The position numbers and the translations under genes are program-made. From positions 1,050,001-1,082,000 of the forward strand of contig NC_010163.1 of the NCBI RefSeq assembly GCF_000018785.1: a stretch of DNA of 32,000 bases, written 5' to 3'. Shown in pieces: positions 25,606 through 32,000 of the stretch. Each line of letters opens with the position of its first letter. Positions within the stretch are counted from its first letter, which is position 1. The notes under the pieces were generated by a model. The model saw only the letters and a list, made by a program, of their open reading frames with translations. It searched no databases and was not told the DNA's origin. Source of the stretch: Acholeplasma laidlawii PG-8A. Its GTDB lineage: Bacteria; Bacillota_I; Bacilli_A; Acholeplasmatales; Acholeplasmataceae.

Positions 25606-26814
25606 TTACACCTCTATTTTTTCTAGAATTAGTTCAGCAGAATTATCAACGTTATAGTATTTTTCTAAAAAAATACGTCCTGTCTTGCCAAATTGATTAT
25701 TGATATTTTCTATTTTCATTTTTTCAACTAACTTGAAGAAGTCGTCAGTATTTTTACTTTCACACCAATAGCCAAACCCACCATTTTTAATCGTTTCACC
25801 AACATCTGTATTAAGATCAGTGGCTGCTATTACTGGCTTAGAATACTCAAGATAAGATAATAATCTAGATGGAAAATTAGGAATTGTAAATCTAGCATCC
25901 AAGAATATTAGCCCTATATCACATGCAGATAGTAATAAGTCAAATTTATCTTTTGCCAACTTGTCAATAAAAACTGTATTCACCAAATTATTGTCAACAA
26001 TAAATTTTTTGATTCTATTACTTTGTGTACCAGAGCCGACAATAGTTATAATATTATTATGGTTTTCATTCTCTAAAATAACCTTAAGAATAAACTCTAT
26101 TCCCTGTGGTTCTCCTAGATTACCACCATATATCATCTTAAATTTGTCTTTTGCTATACCATAAGTATCTAAAACTTCTTGTTTCTGATGAGAACTAATC
26201 TCAATGATTTGATTGATTTCTATACTATTGGGATTAATTTCTATTTTATGTTTATCAATATTGTTGTTATTTAATATATACTTTAAATTTGCTTGTGACA
26301 TACATCCGATATTGTCTGATAGATTATATACATTTTTTTCTTTTATTCTAAAGTATTTATGTATAAGTCCTTTTTTACTGAACATTCCCAAATCTACGGC
26401 ATTTTGAGGAAAAATGTCTTTTAAAAGTAGGTAAGTCTTTGCATGATAGTGGTTCTTTATATACTTTATAGACTTATTTAATGTGATTGGTGGTGTACTG
26501 TAAAGGACCAAATCAATAGTAGTATCTTTCAAATTTGATTTTACATATCTAAGTAACTTAGTATTTAATCTTAATAAATTTATTGCCTTTTTAATTTTTG
26601 ACTTTTGAAAAGATGAGCTTACTTTTATATTATGAACTTCTAGGCTTTCAGAATACTTAGTAACCTGATTATCATTGTCAGTTAAACTCAATACAATAAC
26701 ATTAGCATTTTTAGATAGTTCAAAGTAAAGATCACTATACAGTGATTTATTTAAATTAAAATCTATTTTTAAAATTGTTAGGACTAATATTGTTTTATCA
26801 AACATTGGCCTCAT
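25606..26814 (-). CDS. Glycosyltransferase family 4, WbuB-like (candidate L-FucNAc transferase)
   Basis: About 400 aa with the FPSRLLSYLEYSKPVIAATD motif, adjacent to fnlABC as wbuB usually is. Start may be M4 (26805). Confidence 0.7.
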   Translation of the reverse strand: MRPMFDKTILVLTILKIDFNLNKSLYSDLYFELSKNANVIVLSLTDNDNQVTKYSESLEVHNIKVSSSFQKSKIKKAINLLRLNTKLLRYVKSNLKDTTIDLVLYSTPPITLNKSIKYIKNHYHAKTYLLLKDIFPQNAVDLGMFSKKGLIHKYFRIKEKNVYNLSDNIGCMSQANLKYILNNNNIDKHKIEINPNSIEINQIIEISSHQKQEVLDTYGIAKDKFKMIYGGNLGEPQGIEFILKVILENENHNNIITIVGSGTQSNRIKKFIVDNNLVNTVFIDKLAKDKFDLLLSACDIGLIFLDARFTIPNFPSRLLSYLEYSKPVIAATDLNTDVGETIKNGGFGYWCESKNTDDFFKLVEKMKIENINNQFGKTGRIFLEKYYNVDNSAELILEKIEV

Positions 26815-26818
26815 ATCC

Positions 26819-27493
26819 TTATCTAATTAATTTTAACACATCATTCAAATGACTAATTGATTGTCCTATATTTTCTTTAATCTCTGTTTTTTGATAATGA
26901 CTATTTTCATTAATATATAGGGCATATTGCATACCAAGTTTAATTGGGGCAATAAAGTCTTTATTTATATTGTCACCAATATAGATCATTTCATTATATT
27001 CAACATTAAAATAATCTTTAATAATAGTGTATGGCTTTTCACTTGGTTTCCAAAATTCTCTATTATCACCAAGTTCATCAGTTATCACTATTTTTTCGAT
27101 ATATTTATCTAATTCTAAACTAATAACTTTATTTATTTGAGTCGATTTGAATCCATCAGTTATTAAACCTAAATGAAATTCTGATTTTTTCAAATGTAAT
27201 AGAAGCTCTATTACTTCATCACTTAATTTAATATTCGGTTTATGATTTCGATAAATATATATCAAATCATCAATAAAGTTCTTATTAAGGTGTATATTGT
27301 TTTTTTCTAAAATTCGATTAAATATATAATTAGGAGATTCATTATATAGACTAACAAGTTCTTCATAGATTACACTAATAGGCTTCTTTATAACTTTTGA
27401 AAGTTCAATAGAAATTTCACCAAATGCGCTTAGTGCAAAAGACTTTTCACTAATTAATGTGTCATCTAAATCAAAAATAACTACTTTAATCAT
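26819..27493 (-). CDS. HAD-superfamily hydrolase/phosphatase
   Basis: Motif I VVIFDLDDTL, motif II LGLITDG, motif IV IGDNINKD. ATGA overlap with the ATP-grasp gene. Confidence 0.85.
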   Translation of the reverse strand: MIKVVIFDLDDTLISEKSFALSAFGEISIELSKVIKKPISVIYEELVSLYNESPNYIFNRILEKNNIHLNKNFIDDLIYIYRNHKPNIKLSDEVIELLLHLKKSEFHLGLITDGFKSTQINKVISLELDKYIEKIVITDELGDNREFWKPSEKPYTIIKDYFNVEYNEMIYIGDNINKDFIAPIKLGMQYALYINENSHYQKTEIKENIGQSISHLNDVLKLIR

Positions 27494-28464
27494 AATATGA
27501 TTTCACCTTTTTTTACCATAATACTTGAATCATATCGTAAGAAATATACATCATCCTCATAAACTTCATTATATGACAGTTGTTCACCCATTAAGAGTCT
27601 ATATAGATTTTCACAGGAGTCTGCACCGGCTGCTATACTCATTGGTGCACCTCCACCAAATCTAGGATTAATTTCAATAAATTTTATCTCTTTGTCAATT
27701 TTTAATTGTACTGTTATATGTCCTATGAACTTAAATTCATCCATCATATTTTTAATTGTGTCTATTATAATTCTATGTTTTACAATCAATCCCTTAGATA
27801 TTTCACCGGAACGAGTTGCAAGCCTTAATCTTGGAACTATAGTAATTGGATTAGAGTCGAAATCTAAAAAGACATCAATAGTATACTCGTCTCCTCCCAC
27901 ATATTCTTGTAACATGTAGTCCGGTATAAATTTTCTATATAGTTCAAGTTCCTTATTATTATTCACTTTAAACGCATTGATACTTGAACTACCTGATTTT
28001 GGCTTAATAAAGCAAGGAAATGCCACTTTATTTTGCTCGATATCCTGATCACTGTATAAGTAAGGTACTAAAAATCCGTTATTGGATAAATCATCTGAGG
28101 TCTTAATTTTGTCTCTACACATTTGAATCAACTTAAGATCAGATATCATAACTTTAGCATTTGTTTCAGATTCTATTCTTTGTTTATTTTCAGCTAGAAT
28201 AAGTAACTCTGTATCTATTGTAGGTACTACAAGTTTTACATTTTCTTCGTTACATAATGAAATCAGGTTATCTATGTAGTTTATGTCACTTATCGCAGGA
28301 ATTAACTTATGTTTATCAGCAAAATAGAGCGCAGGAGCTAAACCTGACATATCTGCTGCTATTATAGAACTATTAATATTTAATTTTTTTGCAGCTTTTT
28401 TAAATGCTTGAATAAGTTCTACTCTTCTTCCAGCACTTAAAATCAATATATTATAGTTATTCAT
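27490..28464 (-). CDS. ATP-grasp domain ligase
   Basis: About 324 aa. N-terminal NILILSAGRRVELIQAFK, and central/C-terminal FIKPKSGSSS ... EINPRFGG typical of the ATP-grasp (carbamoyl-phosphate-synthase-like) fold. The ORF-track start at 28479 is TTG; ATG 28462-28464 with RBS GAGGGGA is preferred. Confidence 0.8.
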   Translation of the reverse strand: MNNYNILILSAGRRVELIQAFKKAAKKLNINSSIIAADMSGLAPALYFADKHKLIPAISDINYIDNLISLCNEENVKLVVPTIDTELLILAENKQRIESETNAKVMISDLKLIQMCRDKIKTSDDLSNNGFLVPYLYSDQDIEQNKVAFPCFIKPKSGSSSINAFKVNNNKELELYRKFIPDYMLQEYVGGDEYTIDVFLDFDSNPITIVPRLRLATRSGEISKGLIVKHRIIIDTIKNMMDEFKFIGHITVQLKIDKEIKFIEINPRFGGGAPMSIAAGADSCENLYRLLMGEQLSYNEVYEDDVYFLRYDSSIMVKKGEIIL

Positions 28465-28465
28465 C

Positions 28466-29086
28466 TTAATTCCCCTCAAAAAATTCCATAGTTGCAGAAT
28501 TATTTGAATTAATGTCTTTTCTTCTAATCACCTTAAATGCGGTTAATATTATGATCTTTATATCACCAATAAAGGTTATCTTTTCAACATATTTAACATC
28601 AAATTTAAATTTCTCATCCCAAGAGATAGCATTTCTACCATTTACTTGAGCTAGTCCAGTTAAACCCGGTCTAACTAAATGTCTTTTCTTTTGTTCTTCA
28701 TTATAAAGTGGTAAATATTGTACTAATAAAGGTCTTGGTCCTACTATACTCATATGCCCTTTAAGTATATTAAATAAGCCCGGTAACTCATCTAAGGATG
28801 TTGATCTTAAGAACTTACCAAACTTAGTTAGACGTACTTCATCAGGTAGTAGTTTCCCATCTTTATCTTTAGCAGATGTCATCGTTCTAAACTTATAAAG
28901 TTTAAATATTTTCTCGTTCTTACCAGGACGATTTTGTGTAAATAATACTGGTCCACCCAGTTTTATTCTTACCAAAATCGCTACAATTATGATTACTGGT
29001 AAGAGTACAATAATAGCAATTAAGCTTAATATAAAATCCATTGGTCTTTTTATGATAAGTTCATAAAAAGTTTTACGTCGTTTCAT
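28466..29086 (-). CDS. Small monotopic phosphoglycosyl transferase (PglC/EpsL/WcfS type), initiating enzyme
   Basis: 206 aa. KRPMDFILSLIAIIVLLPV re-entrant helix, FRTM, SLDELPGLFNILKGHMSIVGPRP. Confidence 0.9.
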   Translation of the reverse strand: MKRRKTFYELIIKRPMDFILSLIAIIVLLPVIIIVAILVRIKLGGPVLFTQNRPGKNEKIFKLYKFRTMTSAKDKDGKLLPDEVRLTKFGKFLRSTSLDELPGLFNILKGHMSIVGPRPLLVQYLPLYNEEQKKRHLVRPGLTGLAQVNGRNAISWDEKFKFDVKYVEKITFIGDIKIIILTAFKVIRRKDINSNNSATMEFFEGN

Positions 29087-30204
29087 TTAAATAAACCTCT
29101 AATAACATCAATTACACGTTGTTGTTGCTCTTTTGTCATTTTAGTATCACTTGGTAAACATAAACCTGTATTAAATAGTTTTTCAGAAACATCTGTTCCA
29201 ATATAATCAAACTTTTCATAAAAAGGTTGTAAGTGCATAGGTTTCCATAATGGTCTTGCTTCTATATTTTCATTTTCTAAGGCTACTATGACATCTATAG
29301 GTGTAATAGCGCCCTTAATGGTCATACTAGATAACCAGCAGTTAGAAAATCCAAAATCGTTTAATGGCATCATTTCAATTTCTTTAATATCTTTAAAGGC
29401 TTCTTTATACATAAAGTAGATTTCACGTTTTTTCAAGACTCTTTCATTAAGTACTTTAAGTTGTCCTCTACCAATTCCAGCTACTACATTACTCATACGG
29501 TAGTTAAAACCTATATCACTATGTTGATAGTGTCTAGCCTTATCTCTAGCTTGAGTAGCCCAGAATCTTACCTTTTGTACTCTTTCTTCGTAGTTTGATA
29601 CTAGCATACCACCACCAGAAGTTGTAATAATTTTATTACCATTAAAGCTAAAGATACCATAATCACCAAAAGTACCAGTATATTTGCCCTTATAAGTAGT
29701 TCCTAATGATTCAGCAGCATCTTCAATAAGTGCTACATTATACTTTTTACAGATACTCACCAATTCATCCATTTTTGCAGGTAATCCATATAAATGTACA
29801 ACCACTACTGCTTTAGCATTTGGATACTTAATTAAAGCCTCTTCTAAGTGTTTTGGACTCATGTTCCATGAATCCATATCACTGTCTATAAAGACTGGTA
29901 TTGCACGTTCATACATAATAGGGTTTGCTGATGCTGAAAAGGTCAGTGACTGACATAATACGATGTCACCATCTTTAACACCCGCCGCCTTTAGTGCAAG
30001 GTGTATTGCAGAAGTACCAGAAACAAGCGCTGCTGCATGATTTATACCTACTAAAGTAGCGAGTTCTTTTTCAAAATTATCAACGTTAGGACCAAGTGGT
30101 GCAATCCAATTTGTTTTAAATGCCTCATTTACAAATTCTTGTTCATAACCTTCTTTACTCATATGAGGTGAAGCTAGTAATATTTTTTCTTTCATGTTTT
30201 TCAT
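29083..30204 (-). CDS. DegT/DnrJ/EryC1/StrS-family PLP aminotransferase (EpsN/PglE/WcfR-like sugar 4-aminotransferase)
   Basis: GTSAIHLAL, IEDAAESLG and FSFNGNKIITTSGGGML (PLP lysine). Confidence 0.9.
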   Translation of the reverse strand: MKNMKEKILLASPHMSKEGYEQEFVNEAFKTNWIAPLGPNVDNFEKELATLVGINHAAALVSGTSAIHLALKAAGVKDGDIVLCQSLTFSASANPIMYERAIPVFIDSDMDSWNMSPKHLEEALIKYPNAKAVVVVHLYGLPAKMDELVSICKKYNVALIEDAAESLGTTYKGKYTGTFGDYGIFSFNGNKIITTSGGGMLVSNYEERVQKVRFWATQARDKARHYQHSDIGFNYRMSNVVAGIGRGQLKVLNERVLKKREIYFMYKEAFKDIKEIEMMPLNDFGFSNCWLSSMTIKGAITPIDVIVALENENIEARPLWKPMHLQPFYEKFDYIGTDVSEKLFNTGLCLPSDTKMTKEQQQRVIDVIRGLFK

Positions 30205-30212
30205 CCTTTTGA

Positions 30213-30833
30213 TTAGATATCAAAGTATTTTATTATTTTATTTTTATCATACCCAGTGCTTACTAGGTTCATATATATTATTTCATTATTTGCATAACTT
30301 GATATTAATATCGCATCATGTTTATAATCTAGAGCCTCTTTAAATGAAATAATTTGTTTATTAACTAAGTATTTTTGCTGTTTTTTTAGATTATCATCAA
30401 TGACCGCTAATACATTAATTGGTGTGTTTTTAGAAGTAATAGTCTGAAGTAATATTTCAGCAACTTCTCCTGCTCCATAGAGTAAAATATCTTTATAACC
30501 TTTATTAGAAAGGTTATAAAGAAATGCGTCAATGTTTTCTTTTGCAGAATCATATATTGTTTGTGCATTATCTAAATATCCAATATTCAAAAACTTTCTT
30601 CGTTCAATACCTTTTTTTGTAATATGATACCTTACTGTTTTAGTTGAGATATGCTCTTTTTCTAACAAACCTTCTTTTTCATACATATCAATGTATGTAT
30701 TAACCATAGAAACAGCAATGTTAATTGCTGTTGAGATTTCTCTTTGAGTAATATTAGGATCTTTTTCTATTAAGTTTAAAATCATGTACTCTTTATAGAT
30801 TATAGTTGGTTTAAAGAAGTTTTTAGCAATCAC
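30213..30833 (-). CDS. Transcriptional regulator with Rex-like architecture: N-terminal winged HTH plus C-terminal Rossmann/CoA-binding-like domain
   Basis: NITQREISTAINIAVSMVNTYIDMYEKEGLL (wHTH), then ILLYGAGEVAEILL ... VLAVIDDN ... HDAILISS (GxGxxA Rossmann pattern in Rex-like order). GTG start at 30831-30833 with a GGGGAG RBS 8 nt upstream. First gene of the glycan operon. Confidence 0.65.
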   Translation of the reverse strand: MIAKNFFKPTIIYKEYMILNLIEKDPNITQREISTAINIAVSMVNTYIDMYEKEGLLEKEHISTKTVRYHITKKGIERRKFLNIGYLDNAQTIYDSAKENIDAFLYNLSNKGYKDILLYGAGEVAEILLQTITSKNTPINVLAVIDDNLKKQQKYLVNKQIISFKEALDYKHDAILISSYANNEIIYMNLVSTGYDKNKIIKYFDI

Positions 30834-30873
30834 TACAACATCTCCCCTTATTGTTCGTTTATTGAATAATTTA

Positions 30874-30902
30874 ATTGTATACTATTTGTATGAATTATTC
30901 AA
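30874..30902 (-). promoter_or_regulatory. Candidate promoter of the glycan operon
   Basis: On the minus strand: TTGAAT (30897-30902), 17-nt spacer, TACAAT (30874-30879), about 40 nt upstream of the GTG start. Confidence 0.4.
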
Positions 30903-31185
30903 GCACTTTAGAACAATATCTTAGGATGGTAAAGATTTTAATATTATTGCAATCTAAATTTATAACTAGTATTTCCACATGTAAGATGATTATTCAAGAG
31001 ATAACTTTATTTTCACCCGAAAAAAATTATTTTTTTAACATTACAATAATTTCAAATATACCCTCATCACATTTTATATTATAAATCACCCTTTAACAAG
31101 CACTTCATTATTAAAATATTTTCACCAAATATTAAGATTATTCCGTTCTTTATAAACACCTTTAGACCATTTTTGTAGACTCAAT

Positions 31186-31212
31186 CAAAAAGACAACCTA
31201 AAAAGGTTGTCT
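31186..31212 (-). terminator. Terminator downstream of galE
   Basis: Stem agacaacc (31191-31198) / ggttgtct (31205-31212) with loop taaaaa, followed on the minus strand by UUUUU. Confidence 0.75.
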
Positions 31213-31302
31213 AATTTTAATAATATTTCGTTTTTCATACTTATCCATTTAATCAATTAATCATATCCCCATATGATTATTTGTATCCATTGCAAATTAG
31301 AT

Positions 31303-32000
31303 TTATCTTAAATTCTTTTCAAATACCCAAGCATCTTTAACCATATCTTCAAGAGTCAACTTTGTTCCCCAATGAAGTTCTTTCTTCGCTTTAGATGCAT
31401 CTGCATAAACAGTAGCAAGATCCCCTGGTCTTCTTTCTACTATATCATAAGGTATTTTAATACCATTTACTCTTTCAAAGGTATGAATCAGTTCTAAAAC
31501 ACTTGTACCTACACCTGAACCTAAATTATATATATTAAAATTACTTTTAGCATTCATTAATGCAGCAATATGTCCTTTAGCTAAATCAACTACATGGATA
31601 TAGTCTCTAACACCTGTACCATCAACTGTATCGTAGTCATTACCAAAAACAAATAACTTTTCTCTTATGCCTTTTGCTACTTGAGTAACATAAGGCATAA
31701 GGTTATTCGGTATGCCTTGTGGCTTTTCACCAATTAAACCTGACTTATGTGCTCCAATAGGATTAAAGTATCTAAGTAACGTTATGTTCATATCTTTGTT
31801 ATTACGAGAAAAATCTTTTAAGATACGTTCACTCATCTTCTTTGTCTCACCATATGGATTAGTAGTTACCTTTAATTCCATTAGCTCATGTAATGGTGAT
31901 ACTTGATCACCATATACAGTAGCAGATGATGAAAAGATAAAGTGTTTCACTTTATACTTTTCTGATAATGATGCTAGTGTCATGGTCGTATTTAAATTAT
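31303..32000 (-). CDS. galE: UDP-glucose 4-epimerase, C-terminal ~230 aa; the gene continues beyond the right edge
   Basis: FIFSSSATVYG, YGETK (YxxxK), LRYFNPIGAH, DGTGVRDYIHVVDLAKGH. The frame stays open upstream of the ORF-track Met (..NLNTTMTLA..) to position 32000. Confidence 0.9.
   Translation of the reverse strand, partial: NLNTTMTLASLSEKYKVKHFIFSSSATVYGDQVSPLHELMELKVTTNPYGETKKMSERILKDFSRNNKDMNITLLRYFNPIGAHKSGLIGEKPQGIPNNLMPYVTQVAKGIREKLFVFGNDYDTVDGTGVRDYIHVVDLAKGHIAALMNAKSNFNIYNLGSGVGTSVLELIHTFERVNGIKIPYDIVERRPGDLATVYADASKAKKELHWGTKLTLEDMVKDAWVFEKNLR

Noticed and set aside
8537-27919. Other short ORFs nested in or antisense to annotated genes (8537-8734, 12672-12944, 14595-14870, 17982-18185, 18791-19006, 19469-19681, 21119-21304, 22173-22400, 22793-23092, 25961-26164, 26213-26407, 26927-27112, 27692-27919, and 31712-31906 in galE)
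   Set aside because: All are embedded in longer ORFs with clear family signatures. None has a recognisable motif or translation signals.
30875-31084. 69-aa plus-strand ORF in the region upstream of the glycan operon
   Set aside because: It sits in AT-rich promoter DNA with no RBS and a low-complexity sequence, and it overlaps the predicted minus-strand promoter.
1-32000. CRISPR arrays, rRNA/tRNA genes, transposases/integrases, prophage or known defence-system genes
   Set aside because: I saw no periodic repeat-spacer pattern and no tRNA-like GC-rich ~75-nt blocks with T-loop motifs. No ORF carries a DDE, serine- or tyrosine-recombinase signature, or a nuclease/helicase/methylase signature typical of defence systems.

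Overview
This is a very AT-rich chromosomal segment that uses genetic code 11. TGA acts as a stop (for example the wecB stop inside the ATGAATGA overlap at 17882-17889) and Trp is encoded by TGG. Gene content and composition suggest an Acholeplasma-like or other low-GC Firmicute/Tenericute genome; that assignment is inference only.

Almost all genes lie on the minus strand.

- **1-4.5 kb, housekeeping:** a partial HI0933-type flavoprotein, ktrAB potassium uptake, a membrane protein and ldh.
- **4.5-9.5 kb, accessory island:** a 153-aa helical hypothetical protein, two tandem overlapping Rgg/RRNPP-like HTH regulators, and a 558-aa signal-peptide protein that ends in a Gly7 linker plus a 10-aa tail. 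Two promoter-to-terminator units with no convincing ORF also sit here. I consider this island the best candidate for an undescribed system: a peptide- or RNA-controlled secreted effector module.
- **9.5-13.7 kb:** an SGNH hydrolase, an orphan 566-aa protein with an HPr-kinase/PEPCK-type P-loop, and H2O-forming NADH oxidase.
- **13.8-30.9 kb, glycan operon:** an uninterrupted 17-gene operon on the minus strand. In transcription order it encodes a Rex-architecture regulator, a DegT aminotransferase, a small phosphoglycosyl transferase, an ATP-grasp enzyme, a HAD hydrolase, a WbuB-like GT4, FnlA/B/C (UDP-L-FucNAc), two more glycosyltransferases, an EpsG/Wzy-like polymerase, WecB, Wzx, GlmM and GlmU.
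- **Right edge:** a partial galE.

I saw no rRNA or tRNA genes, CRISPR arrays, transposases or integrases. All family calls come from motif recognition by eye. No database search was run.
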